DNA of 64,000 nt. Origin: Mobula hypostoma. Lineage: Eukaryota. Under the pieces are notes generated by a model. It did no database searches, had not been told where the DNA came from, and was given only the letters and a program-made list of their open reading frames with translations. This document shows, one piece after another, positions 24,870-37,220 of this stretch (position 1 is the stretch's first letter; each line of letters begins with the position of its first letter). Location of the stretch: NCBI RefSeq assembly GCF_963921235.1, contig NC_086097.1:217684001-217748000 (forward strand), written 5' to 3'. A program made the translations under genes and the position numbers.

Positions 24870-25860
24870 ACAGCGAAGGTACGAATCAGAAATATGTTGT
24901 GCAATAGAAAACAGAAAAGCGTAAAAAGGTGAAAACGGGAATGTTCTAATGAAAGAATTCAAAACTGGTTCCTTAAAATTTGTGATATTAAATTACAAAA
25001 TGTAAAACTTAGAGGTCAGATTGGTTAAAAAGTCCCATAAAAATGCATACAGCAAAGCATGATAACCTTGATCATCCCTTATGTGACTGGGTTTTATCAG
25101 AGTCCAGAGGCCACTTGCATATCAGGCCAATGCTAGTAGAAAATGTAAAGGAATTTTATGAAACAATGAAAATCAGAGCCATGACCTTTTTTTCATTTGC
25201 TTCAACATACGGCATTGAAATTGAAGACTAGGCATTTCCAGTGAACAGGATGCCAATGCAGAAGAAAGTTCTTAAGTTTTTAAGAATTTAGTTATTCAAT
25301 ATGATCTGACTGCTGAACAAATCTATAATACTGATGAAAAAAGGATTGATCTGTTGCTGCCTTCCAAATACAGCCTTTGCTGGTGTGAATGAAAAAGGTG
25401 AATCTAAATATTGCTTACCCATGGTTATATGTGCAAATACCATTGGAATCAATTGAGTGAAATTGCTTGACATTGGTAAATATTCAAAGCTAAGATATTT
25501 AAATGTATTACACATTTAATGAAATAATGCCCAGATGGACACAGAAACATTAATTTATCATATTTTTGTACTGAACATAAAAGTACATTTACAAAAAGGA
25601 CTGCCTGAAAAAATAAAGTTGTCTTTCTGTAATTGATTGCCATGTTCATTCTCCTGCAAAATAACTTGTGAATGGAACTATTTTTGTCACTTCCTCCCTG
25701 CCAATGTGAAAAGTTTAATTCAGACTACGAATCAGAGGATGATACAGTTTTATAAAAGTGTTGTACCAAAGGCCAAGAAGAAGAAAATGATGATGAAGGA
25801 GAGACAGAAAAAAATCTCTTGGAAATTAGCTACCAAAGGGTTTGAACATGTTTAGAAATT
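24870..25860 (+). mobile_element. pogo/Tigger (Tc1-mariner superfamily) DNA transposase remnant
   Basis: CENP-B-like HTH piece AKHDNLDHPLCDW; DDE-domain motifs EQIYNTDEKG (~25315) and FLPANVKSLIQ (~25690); many stops. Confidence 0.7.
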
Positions 25861-25911
25861 TTCTAAGCAACAAAATAGTTTTTTCTGCTCAAACTGTATT
25901 GCAATTTTATT

Positions 25912-26085
25912 TAGAGATGCAGCACAGTACCAGGTTCTTCTGGCCCAATGAGCGGTGCTGCCCATTTGCACCCATGTGACCAGCTAACATACTAATCCCC
26001 ATGTCTTTGAAATGTGGGAAGAAACCAGAGCACCCTGAGGAAACACACGTGGTCACCGGGAGAACATACAGACATCAGTGAGAAT
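25912..26085 (-). mobile_element. V-domain SINE fragment
   Basis: tgtgggaagaaaccagagcacc...cacgtggtcaccgggagaaca is the reverse complement of the V domain seen at 26270-26370. Confidence 0.7.
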
Positions 26086-26202
26086 TCAACCCGGGCTGTA
26101 ATCACGTTAGTTCTATCTTCTTTGCTAACAATTTTGCATCAGAGAATGAAGGCATGCAGCAGGCAGCCATGGGTATCTTTTCAAGAGCAGGAGTAGGTTT
26201 AA

Positions 26203-26462
26203 GTGTGGCGGTGCGGTAGCATAGCAGTTAGTGCATTGCTTTACAATGCCAGTGGAGTGGGTTCATTTCCCACTGCTGCCTGTAAGGAGTTTGTACATTC
26301 TCCCCGTAACTGCATTGTTCTCCCCCTCGTGCTCTGATTTCCTCCCACGTTCCAAAGACATACGGGTTAGTAGACTAATTTGTCACAAGAGTGTAATTGG
26401 ACGGCGTGGGCTTATTGGGCTGGAAGAACCTGTTACCGTGCTCTCTGTCTAAATAAAGAAAG
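26203..26462 (+). mobile_element. tRNA-derived V-domain SINE (HE1-like), full length
   Basis: tRNA-like head with A/B boxes, V domain (ggagtttgtacattctcccc...tttcctcccac), CR1-like tail and A-rich end. Confidence 0.8.
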
Positions 26463-26920
26463 AAAATAGATTTCCTCAGCCTTCAACTTTCATTCAAGAA
26501 AATTCTGTTGAAACTGATGAAATGCCATTTGAGTATCCAGAACTCAGTGGATACATTTCACTGTGAATTTTGACATTGTGAATTAAGTGATTTTAATTGA
26601 AGTCTCTACACAACCTACGTAAGATTGTTTTGATAAAAATAAGCTTAAACAGTAAAATCCATTTGCAGTGCTATACGAAGTAAGTGTGAAAAAAAACTTA
26701 TTTAGTTACATTTATACATAAGGACAATGCAGTTATTAACAGCAACACCCTCTTTAAAAAGTTGACACTTCACATACAGTATAGTCATTAATTTCTTTTT
26801 GCTGTATTTGCTATTTAGTCTTAAAATACAGAATTGCAGCATAAAACATCATTATTTAAAGTGGTAAGGAGATGATATATTTCTCTACAATTTATTTAAA
26901 GATTTATGTAAAGAATATTA

Positions 26921-27230
26921 AGGCATCCGATAGTCTTGCGAGACCATAGATCTGCGTCTGGAACGTCTTCACTCTCCAGGGTGCAGGCCAGGGCAAGGTT
27001 GTATGGAAGACCAGCAGTTGCCCATGCTGCAAGTCTCCCCTCTCCATGACACCTATGTTGTCCAAGGGAAGGGCATTAGGACCCATACAGCTTGGCACCA
27101 GTGTCGTCGCAGAGTAATGTGTGGTTAAGTGCCTTTCTCAAGGACACAGCACGCTGCCTCGGCTGGGGCTCGAACTCACAACCCTCAGATCACTAGTCGA
27201 ATGCCTTAACCACTTGGCCACGTGCCCACA
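26921..27230 (-). mobile_element. tRNA-head SINE with a CORE-like domain and a 12-bp TSD
   Basis: Minus strand A box TGGCCAAGTGG, B box GTTCGAGCC, CORE-like tgtgtccttgagaaaggcacttaacc; TSD TAAAGAATATTA at 26909-26920 and 27231-27242. Confidence 0.85.
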
Positions 27231-27244
27231 TAAAGAATATTACT

Positions 27245-27440
27245 ATGTGCCTAATTACACCCATATGACCAATTAACCGACTAACCTGTGTGTTTTTGGA
27301 ATGTGGAAGAAAGCCAGAGCACCCAGAGGAACCACACACAGTTACAGGGAGAATGTACAAACTCCTTACATGCAGCAGTGGAATTGAACCTGGGCCATTG
27401 GCACTGTAATAGCCAGCTATAACACTACTATGCTGCCCAC
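27245..27440 (-). mobile_element. V-domain SINE
   Basis: Reverse complement of the 26203-26400 family. Confidence 0.75.
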
Positions 27441-27869
27441 AAAACATGTGTGCAAACTGCAGTTCACAGAAGATGCTTGCATGTGCACATATTTGGAGGT
27501 TAAGCTCCAAGTCATTGTTAACTCACTTACTGAAGCACACAAGCCAATAGCTTTATCCTAACATCCAACTGCCAAATCAGCAGCAGCCTTCAACAATATA
27601 GGTCCATTCTGACATGATAGAAAATGTGGATAACCTCAGGTAGGCATTGATGATTAAATTCACTGTCATCTGCACCAGCACAGCCTTTGGCCATCTGAGG
27701 AAAATCGAAAATCAAGATCTCAAATTTGGATCAAACATTATGATCAGAATCGGAATCAGGTTTACTATCACTGTCTTATATGACATGAAATTTGTTATTT
27801 TGTGGCAGCAGTATAGTGCAAAGAATAAAATCACTATAAATTACAAAGTAAAAAACAATGCAAAACAAG

Positions 27870-28347
27870 GTAACACACACAAAATGCTGGTGGAACGCAG
27901 CAGGCCAGATAGCATCCATGGGAGGAAGTACAGTTGATGTTTCAGGCTGAGACCATTCATCAGGACTGGAGGCTCAAAAACGAATCCTGAAACCATCTGG
28001 AGTAAGTTGACGGCGGAGACACATTCCAAGGAAGGATATATGGCTGTAGTAGCGGTCTTGGTCAAAATGTAGTCGAAAAGTTGAAGGGCCAAAGAAATTA
28101 TAGATGGGGAGCAGTGAGACAGGGTTTCACTAAACTCCTGTCGAAGAGAAGATTTAAACTTCTTCAGTGTAGGCATCACTGGAAGAGGCTTTGCAGTAGT
28201 TAATTTAAAAACGCAAACACGAGGAAATCTGCAGGTGCTGGAAATTCAAGCAACACACACAAAATGCTGGTGGAACGCAGCAGGCCAGACAGCATCCATA
28301 GGAAGAAGCACAGTCAACATTTCAGGCGGAGACCCTTCGTCAGGACT
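27870..28347 (-). mobile_element. PLE derivative: terminal repeat, ORF N-terminus, terminal repeat; inserted in a Rex1/Babar-like 3' end (~27742-27870 and 28350-28520)
   Basis: Two direct copies of the hammerhead-bearing terminus, 380 bp apart, flank MPTLKKFKSSLRQEFSETLSHCSPSII..., which I infer to be the PLE ORF start. Confidence 0.7.
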
Positions 28348-29149
28348 TAGTTGATGAGGTAGTTTTCATGGGTTCAATGGCATTCAGAAATCGGATGGTG
28401 GAGGAGAAGAAGATGTTTCTGAATCATTGAGTATGGGTCTTCATGCTCCTGTCCCTCCTCCCTGATGGTAGTAACAAGAAAATGGCATGTCCCAGATGTT
28501 GACGGTCTTAGTGATGGATGGAAAGTCAGGGTCCCTGCCACATAATGGCTAATAAGGAATTTTATGGATTGTATTTAGAATTTTGAGTGCATGAATAAGA
28601 GCCTGACAAGGGCCCAATATAAAAAGTGAAAGGAGCACAGAATCCATTAGCTTGTCTCATCAATCACTTTCTGCCACACAGCGATTGCTGATCACACATT
28701 GGCCTCATCAGCCACCTCAGAATCCATGGAACTGGAGATTCCAAGGACTGCCCAACAATTCACACAGTGACACTTCTGGACATTCTTAAGTGTGCATCTA
28801 AGACAAATAGTTATCTATTAGCAGACTTATTTTTGTCTATTTTGATTTTGTGCAACTTCATTTTGATGTTCGAACAATAATATGAATTTAAAAGTTGCAT
28901 CATTATGCATGGATGTATTTTCATACCAAAGCAATTCAATTAATCCCTTCAGATTGCAGATGCTAAGACACTTCAACAATGCAAGATTGACAAAGATTGA
29001 GATACAAGTTTTAATATAAGAACTAGAACAGTTTCTACAGTTTGTAAAAACATTCAACTCTATCAAGATAAATTCATACTGTTTATTTAGACTCAGACCT
29101 ATCAAAAAACAAAACATTTATTTTTTATAGCTGGAATATATACAAGAAC

Positions 29150-30100
29150 TGACACTCCATGACCTTCCTGGGTTGAGATCTCAACAGTGACATTTATGAA
29201 GCATCTGGTTGAAGAAATTCCTGTTCAGCTCTATTCTGAATGACTGGCCCCTTATTTTGAAACTGTTGTAACTGGCTTGAGACCCCTAGTTAAGGAAAGC
29301 ATCAGGTCTTCATTTTTATATCTACCCTGTTAAACTCTTAAGAATTTTGCATATTTCAATAAGATGCCCATTGAACTCAAGAGACTCTACACTCTATGTA
29401 TGTAATCTATTCTCATACAATGATCCTGGGATGGAAGGCTTAATCAGAATTTTTGCTGCACCCTCCATTTCGAATATATCCTTCCATGGGTAAGGATATC
29501 AGACCTGTTTGTAATATTCTAAGTGTGGTCTCACCAGGGTCATATATGATTTTAGCAAGATATCCCTTGATCTCAAATACTCCAATATTAAAGACCAATA
29601 TACAATTTATTTTCCCAACTCATAGCTGTTTTGCATTTTGAATTTATATACAATGACATCTGTATCCCTCCTAAAGTCAAAACTTTTCATATGAGCATAT
29701 TTGTTACGTTGCTCAACCTTTTTCTTTCTGTCAGAGTGGATGTTTTTGGGACATTATATTCCATCTGCTCCTATCCTTGTCTATTCACTTATTCCTTCTT
29801 CACCCTGTCACCCAGATTTGTATCATCAACATACATGGCTATATGGCACAATCCCTTCATCCAGTTCATTAGGGTAGATTATGAACAGCTGGGGCCACAG
29901 CATTGATCCCTTTGACACCCTGCTAAAACGTCAGCTTCCAAACATAATCTCTGTTTTATGTCTATAAATCAATCCTCATTGTACACCAACAGAACTGTAC
30001 GTTTAATTTAGAAATTTCCTAAAAAAGAGCTTTCTAGGTACCCAGACACACCACCTCAATTGGTTCATCTTTATTTCTTCCTCTGGTTACATGTTTTATC
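29150..30100 (-). mobile_element. Old, highly degraded CR1
   Basis: gaagaaattcct...ctattctgaatgactggccccttatttt and aatattctaagtgtggtctcaccagg resemble CR1 3' RT. Confidence 0.6.
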
Positions 30101-31127
30101 CTTAAAAGAATTGTCACAAGATTCTGCCCAAGTCAGGTAGTATTCTCTTTGTGGGCTGGACCTCCAAAGTGGTGATGAAGTTTGACTGCAGGTCAAAATG
30201 CTCATCATTTTGTTCATACTGTCCATCCACTAGCTAGAAAGAAACGTTCTAACTTGTGTTTCATCAATGTGCACTGGTTGAGCCATTTGTGAATTGCAAC
30301 CTCTCGGCACTGCAGACAACAATGTCATTAGATGATTCTTTTTTCACAGCTCAGCCAAATCTTAGTAGAACTCTATACTGAGTTTCAAATGATTAAAAAT
30401 TACTATGGAATTATCTAGTTAAATTAAGACTTCTCTCGTGTTGTTACATGTTTTGAGCAGCGCTTCTTGTTTTGATGTCACTATTAAGTAGAAACCTGCC
30501 AAATGATGATAGAACGGTCTGCGCGGAGGGAGTATTACCATCAATTGAAACAATTACGTTGCCAAGTGAACACCTTTTCCTTTAGAAGTTGTGATTCAGT
30601 AATTATTGTGAAGTTTAGGCAGTTGGGGCAACGCACAACATTTCAGACGATTGTAAGTTTCAGGTCGTTTGTGCGAACTAATTTCAATATATTTTCTGTC
30701 TGTAAACTATTGAACAATAATAGATTTTTGCAATTCGTAACAAAATGTAATATTCTCTAGGAATGCTTCACTGAATCAGCAGAAGATATAGCAAGTTCTT
30801 CTCCGACTTAAATGTTCCTCGTAAACCCATCAAACTTGATACATGGATCCAGTGAAACCAGATTTTGTTCAGATTAAGTTAAAACAAAGTCTTTAAAATA
30901 TCAGGCTACCTTTAAAGAGTAGATGTGAGTGCGTGTAACGATAGATACACACTTGGCAATATACAATTTGTCCAACATTCTAATTTACGCCCTACCCGTT
31001 CAACAAACTAAAGATTAAACCGATATTGACCCACATTTTCCATCAATAATTGTTCGTAAACATTGGTGTAGTTGTGTGAGCAAAACTGAAATGATGAATC
31101 GAACAATTTAAATAAGTGGACGGATAT

Positions 31128-31133
31128 TTTATT
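31128..31133 (-). terminator. Candidate polyadenylation signal (AATAAA) for TCF24
   Basis: First minus-strand AATAAA I found downstream of the stop codon, implying a ~0.95 kb 3' UTR. Confidence 0.3.
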
Positions 31134-32059
31134 TTAGAACAGTACACTTAGATGTTAAATACCAGCGTAAAATATTCTTCCAAAAATGCAGATATATTTC
31201 GGATATTTTCATGTCATTTACAGTAAAAGGTAGCTTAATTCAATGTCAATACATGCTTATTATTCTCCATGTCATAAAGGTGGTCAGATTAACATATCGG
31301 TCACGTTACTTTAATTAATTTCAGTTATGTTTAACAGTTTGGTATGAACCAGTTAGCTGGGCTGGTTGGTTCGTGTATTGACCACCACCGAACAGTTTCG
31401 CGAAGATTTCAAATATATCGAAGATGAGTAAGAACGGAATGCTCTTCTGAAGCTTGTGTCTATAGAAAGTGCGCACGTATCCACTGCGGCCAGCTGTGCA
31501 CATAGTTTTTGTTTTGTTAAATCATGCTTTAGTGCAAACCTATTTCAATTGAAAGTGCGTAGCCAATCAGTCGAGCCAAATTTTCACTCTTACGGACGCA
31601 GCCAAGCCTTTCAACACCATGTAATAGTAAACAATTGAATTGCAAACGTCAGCTTCCTCATTTCTCAAAGTTTAAACTTTGGTGCTTCCATATCATCGTG
31701 CCGACTTGAGTGACTAAACGAAGGAAGAGGTCTTCGCCGAATCCGTGTCACACATGGTAATTGTTATTTAAACGTTTCAGAAATAGCGCCAACTTTGTCA
31801 ATTGCAAGATATTTAGTTTATCTTTTAACATACTTAAAATTAAACGAGATCAACTTCCACTACATCACGTTCATTTCAATAATCGCACTCAATTCTCTCT
31901 CTCTAAATATATATATAATATATTTTACTTAGTCCTGCGAGATATTTGCATTTTGGAAATGTTATGTTACGTTCAAAAAGTTAATTCAAAAATTGCCAGT
32001 GACACATCGGTATGACAACAAGTTTTAAAAGCCTTGCTAAATTTTAGGCAGTTTCCAGT

Positions 32060-32170
32060 TTAGACGGGATCAGGATTGGTCGTCTTGGCTTGAGTTTGAA
32101 TGTCGGATTGGCTCGAATTCAGAAATTGTCCCGTTGCACCGACATACAAACGGGATCGCATTGGCCACTT
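32060..32170 (-). CDS. TCF24: TCF24 last coding exon (KWPMRSRLYVGATGQFLNSSQSDIQTQAKTTNPDPV*)
   Basis: Not in the ORF track. Acceptor gaatttcag|AAG at 32171/32170, 111 nt, ends in TAA at 32060-32062. Splicing restores the TCF23/24 C-terminal motif HPVK-KWPMRSRLY, and the following VGATGQFL resembles TCF24. The spliced protein is 171 aa (179 aa from ATG 34363). Confidence 0.93.
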   Translation of the reverse strand, partial: KWPMRSRLYVGATGQFLNSSQSDIQTQAKTTNPDPV

Positions 32171-33934
32171 CTGAAATTCATGAAGGAAAATATATGTATA
32201 TTAATAACTTGTTTGATGCTTCGACTATTTCCTTTAAAAAATATACGTTGCAATATGAAGTTGCGATTTAAAGTCTGAATACCTATCAAACATAAAAATA
32301 ACTTGGTAAAGTGTTTTGCATTATACAGATAGCTAAATGTGATGTTACAGGGAAACCCAACAGAAACAAACCTGCATGCTCCTTATCACCATTCACAACA
32401 ATTACATTTTGGTAAACGGTATTGAAAAAAACTAAATTATAATCCAGATCTTACCGATTCAATGTATTGTAATTGCAAATAGCTGTTGGCATGATGTAGA
32501 ACAGATTCGTTAGATGTAAACTTATCAAAATATATTACCAGGATTAATCGTTTTGGACGCCGAGTTTTACATATAGGAGCTGAATCATTTTGCGTTTTTG
32601 AGCCATATTTTTCTTTATCTTTCCTGATTCGGTTATACGTGTTGACAAGTACATCCTGGGCAAGGAATCTCATAATGATAATTCGTATGTACTTTTTAGC
32701 TATTTATGCCGCAATTGTTTGAAAACGTCATTTTATTTTACACGTATTTTGTATTTTTGAATTCTTACATAGACTGCAAATTAAGCAATGGTAATGTCTT
32801 ATGTTTAACGCCACAAATGGCTGTAATGCATTCAAAATACTATAAGGTTAAACGAGAGTTACACTATACAATTCTAGACCAATGTCCACCGATAATGGAG
32901 AACTATGAGGCAAAATACTCCGGTGGTACAGGAATTGAAATGATTTGGACTTTATAAAAAAACATTCTTCGTTTAGTTGACTATCATATTTTTTTCTACA
33001 TATTTGCATCAGCCTTTTTTAAAAGATTCATAAAGTGAGCCAGATGGTATCGAAAATTGAATCTATGATCAGTGAGACAGGGATACTCAGATATTCATTA
33101 AAATATAAAAATATATAAACCATTTTCCCCCACAAATGTTTTGGCTCTCAGTACTCGTTTCAACTTGGCGTATCTTTAAACCAAACAGATATATCTATAT
33201 CAGCATTTTCAAAAAGTCACATAAATAAAGTAGCATGTAGTTCTTAAAAACGCGGACGATCTTAGGAATTGCTACTTTCATTGTCAGTTGTTCGAGTCGA
33301 GGAATACTTTAAAGAAGAAAAACAAAGAATTTGAATTTATTACCCAAACTGTCAGAGGGTCCAGCAATTGTTAGCTGAAAAACTCTATGATCTATGTACT
33401 CATCCAGCAAAACAAGCTTAAAGTTAATATTTAATACATAAATTTATTATGGACAGTTGGCAATTTAATTTTAGAAAGTTGAAAAGTGAAACATAAGCCT
33501 ATTTCCAAAGTTGTAGTTCACTGTATAGGGGAATAAGCAATTTTCGTTAAGTATATGCATGGACGAAACGTTGAAAGTTATTCAAGTTTTCCTTCTGTTT
33601 TATGGGTGATTGCATACATTCAGAATCAGCGAACAATTCTTTTGTCAGAACAGCCTGTTATTCCCATCAATTGTAGAGTTAATTTGCTTTAACAAAATGA
33701 GATTATATATAGTTATGGAAGGAAACTTATTCGATATCTATTTGAATTTATAACATTTTTCCAATGATTGTTAAAATAATCTACATGTTAAAGGCTCAAA
33801 GTATGTGTTTTAAATATTACATTGATTCCATAAACATACTTACAACAGCAGATGTTATTAGGAAAGACAGGTTATTTAGATTAAACTCTTAAAAGATATA
33901 TTTTCACAATAAAGAGGTATTGCAGAACTCCTAC

Positions 33935-34339
33935 TTTGACCGGATGCAGATATCCGTCTACTTTGAGAGAATGCATTAACTCGGAAGATTTCCGACCTTC
34001 CCCCTCCTCCAGACTTTCTTCCAGGGTGCGGGTTAAATGTGCAATGTAGGTGGTTGCCAAGATTAGGACATCCAGTTTGGACAATTTAGTGTCCGGAGGA
34101 ACTGAAGGTAGAGTCTTTTGCAGCTCCAAGAAAGCATGTCGCAGGGTTTGTACCCGGCTACGCTCTCGCGCAGCGTTTGCTGCCGCAGGTCTGCCCCTGA
34201 TGCGAGTCACTTTCGAGCGAGATCCTAATTCCGGGTGTTTGCGAGTGGGGCAGGTCACGGAATCGGGATCCGGACAGTGGCTCGGGCTGGAACTGGGACT
34301 ATCCTCAATTATGGCCTTTGGAACAGCTGTAGAATCCAT
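33935..34339 (-). CDS. TCF24: TCF24 (transcription factor 24, Twist-family bHLH), first coding exon containing the bHLH domain; alternative in-frame ATG at 34363
   Basis: Translation GRPAAANAARERSRVQTLRHAFLELQKTLPSVPPDTKLSKLDVLILATTYIAHLTRTL...DGYLHPVK matches TCF24 as I recall it. The exon has an acceptor ttattttcag|G (exon starts 34402) and a phase-0 donor AAA|GTAGGA after HPVK at 33935/33934. Confidence 0.93.
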
Positions 34340-34826
34340 TGAACTTTTCTTAGGCTGAACCATTAGCCGGAACAAACGCAATAGTCATGGGAAAGCGTCA
34401 ACCTGAAAATAAACAAATTCAATCTAATTCAAAAGCGATTGGTTTAGTTTACGAAATGGCACGATGCTAATATTCTGCTAAAATATGTTAGATTCCTCAG
34501 GATTCTATTTCAACTGTAACGTCAATCATCATTTTGGCAGGTAAGTACCAACTTTAGATAATGTCTCAAACATATATAATTTAGTAGTAAAGAAAGTTAC
34601 ACAACCAGTTGAGTGATATTTCCATATACAGCTGCAAAATCGATCGTTGGTAATATCCTACAACCTATAAATTTCACTAATCGGTTCCAGCTTTCTGTAA
34701 ATATTTTGAAAATTGAAGAAATTCCATCTGTCTTAAACCTGTGTTCGACAAAACTCCACCGTTCTACACATAGCACCCTGGGTTTATCTTTTGCTGCAGA
34801 AAGGAAAAAAAAACAATATCACTCAC

Positions 34827-35060
34827 AGTTCTGCATATATGGCATTTCTATCTGCAAACCGAAAAGCGGGTTACATTCTAAAGTTACCCTTTTGCACGAA
34901 TCCAGCACCGATTGCAGAATATGCTGTTTAAGAGTGATTCAGTCGCCGTGAAAGCTTCCCATCTTTATCCTTGTATAGAATGCGGGAATGGGCACGTTGA
35001 TTTTTTAAATAAGGAAACAGTGATAATAATTTCAGCGTCAAGCCTTGCTGGAGAACAGCA
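34827..35060 (-). other. Candidate 5' non-coding exon of TCF24 (5' end uncertain)
   Basis: Strong donor ACT|GTGAGT at 34827/34826 upstream of the 34402 acceptor; unique, non-repeat sequence. Confidence 0.4.
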
Positions 35061-35200
35061 TTAAGTACACACCTGAATGAGCCCCCTTGCCTCTGGAGCC
35101 TCTCATTGACAGCTCAAAGCGCTGACAGTTGCTTGACAGAGGCCAATTAATCACATGTAGCCACCACTCACCAACAAGTAATAGGCCACCTACGCCAACC
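35060..35200 (-). promoter_or_regulatory. Candidate TCF24 proximal promoter with clustered TGACAG (MEIS/TALE-type) sites, E-boxes and CCAATTAAT
   Basis: TGACAG at 35107, 35123 and 35134; CACCTG at 35070; CCAATTAAT at 35143; CACATG immediately after. Confidence 0.4.
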
Positions 35201-35589
35201 TTCTTAAAGTGGTCCTAGCCTAATCTACGTCCAGTGTAAATTATATTTAAACAGAAAAATACGTACAAAGGTATAGTTAATCATTATACTCATCAGATGG
35301 AACAATATTAAGTATTTTAAAAAGGCAGTGATGTATATTTTTCTGCTTACCACGTGTATTATTTGATACACGTTCCATGTAAGCACAATTCTAGAATATT
35401 TTCACATTGTTTTAATATTACTGCAATTGTTATGAAGATGATGCAATCTAATTGGTCAACATCAAATTATATTTCCCGCAAATACAAATTCATATTCTCT
35501 GTTTACTTTTGAGTTGAGCTTTTGTATTTCCTATCTGAATGAAGACCTCGAAATTAAAGACAGGTGGTTTCATTTCCAATCTCTTTAGC

Positions 35590-35800
35590 TAGGAGTGTAA
35601 TGATCAGCTGGTAATCTATTTAGGTAATGTTGGTAGAGGAATCGGTATTGAGTAGGGCATGGGTGTAATTTTTTTTACTAGTAGTGATGCCATGGGATCT
35701 TTTACGTTCCCTTATGAGGACAGTATCTTGTCAAATACTGTCAGGATGATGCAAAGCAACCTAACGGCTATCTGACTACTTCAGTGGAATACCAGCTTAA
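35590..35800 (-). mobile_element. Degraded Deu-domain SINE remnant
   Basis: Hallmark tgccatgggatctttttac at ~35688-35705 with flanking similarity. Confidence 0.45.
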
Positions 35801-36457
35801 TGACAAACTACTAACTTTTATTAAATAGACTGACAGATCACGCAGTAAGCATTCCAAGAGAATCTCATAAACAAAACTTCATTTCAAAATAGGCAAATAA
35901 CTTGTCACTTGACAACAACCGTTTTATCCTCCACTTTACTTCTGCCATTAAAACCGAAAAGAGGCGATTTCTGGTGTCCGAGTAGCAATCTCCTTATCAA
36001 CCTTGTTTGCTTTATTTTTGTCATAATTTAACAAAGGTAATTTAACCATAATTTAACTGGGATGATCGTTAATATAGTAGATCATGGATTTAAAGAATAG
36101 TACGAATTATTTTTCCATCCTTTAGAGATCATATTACAGGCGGTATATATATATATAAGTTGTCCCAAAAAAACGAGTATTTTCCATAACCGTCTTTGTT
36201 TCAGAAATATGAATCCAAACTCTTAAAACTAAATGCGGGTATCATTCATAAAGTAATTGGGAAAACGTTTAAATATGTTGACATCAGCTTATGAATAATA
36301 ATATTTAGGTGACATGACGGGATAAAAACACTAACATTCAATTTGTGGTAAACAGATGGATAAAAGATATATTAAAGTTGTTACATCATAAGTCAAGAGT
36401 AACTAAAAACATAAATTAGCCATTGACTGTAAAATATAAATTTATATTTTATATTTT

Positions 36458-36760
36458 AGGCATCCGTTAGTCTCATGAGACCATGGATTTGCGCCTTGGA
36501 AGGTTTCCAGGGTGCAGGCCTGGGCAAGGTTGTATGGAAGACCAGCAGTTGCCTATGCTGCAAGTTTCCTCTCTCCACGCCACCGATGTTGTCCAAGGGA
36601 AGGCATTAGGACCCATACAGCTTGGCACCGGTGTCGTCGCAGAGCAATGTGTGGTTAAGTGCCTTGTTCAAGGACACACACGCTGCCTCAGCCACGGCTC
36701 GAACTAATGGCCTTCAAATCACTAGACGAACACCTTAACCACTTGGCCACGCACCAACAC
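36458..36760 (-). mobile_element. tRNA/CORE-like SINE, same family as 26921-27230
   Basis: Highly similar to 26921-27230; flanked by TTATATTTTA direct repeats. Confidence 0.85.
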
Positions 36761-36802
36761 ATTATATTTTAAGTGACTTCGTAAGAGACTCCTGAATACT
36801 CG

Positions 36803-37220
36803 CAATCAAGAGGAAATCTGCAGATGCTAGAAAACTAAGCAACACACACAAAATGCTGGATGAACTCAGCAGGCCAGGCAGCATCTATAAAAAAGAGTAC
36901 ATTCGACGTTTCGTGCCGAGACCCTTTATCAGGACTGGAAGAAAAGATGAGTCAGAGTAAAAAAGTGGGGAGGGGGAGGGGAGGAATAACCTCAAGATGA
37001 TAGGAGAAACGGCGGGGGGTGGAGGGGTGAAATCAGGTGCTGGGAAGTTGATTGGTGAAAGAGATTCAGGGCTGGAAAAGGCGAAATCTGATAAGGAGAC
37101 AAAAGGCCTTGTAAGAAAGAAAAGTGGGAGGAGCACCGGAGGGAGGTAATAGGCAGGTAAGGAGATAAGGTGAGAGAGGGAAATGGGAATGGGAAATAGT
37201 AAAGGAGAAGGGGGGAACTT
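36803..37220 (-). mobile_element. PLE 3' terminal repeat, with hammerhead motif at 36901-36936
   Basis: Reverse complement of the PLE terminus. Confidence 0.82.

Noticed and set aside
27150..27230. tRNA genes here and at ~36690-36760 and ~26203-26275
   Set aside because: These are tRNA-derived SINE heads followed by SINE bodies, with no complete cloverleaf.
32060..34339. Assignment as TCF23, TCF21 or musculin
   Set aside because: RPAAANAARERSRVQTLRHAFLELQ and KWPMRSRLYVGATGQFL fit TCF24 best as I recall the sequences; a lineage-specific TCF24 paralog cannot be excluded.
33881..34381. 166-aa single-exon ORF as the complete TCF24
   Set aside because: It begins at a non-ATG codon, and its tail VGVLQYLF... 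is intron read-through; the true C-terminus is the exon at 32060-32170.
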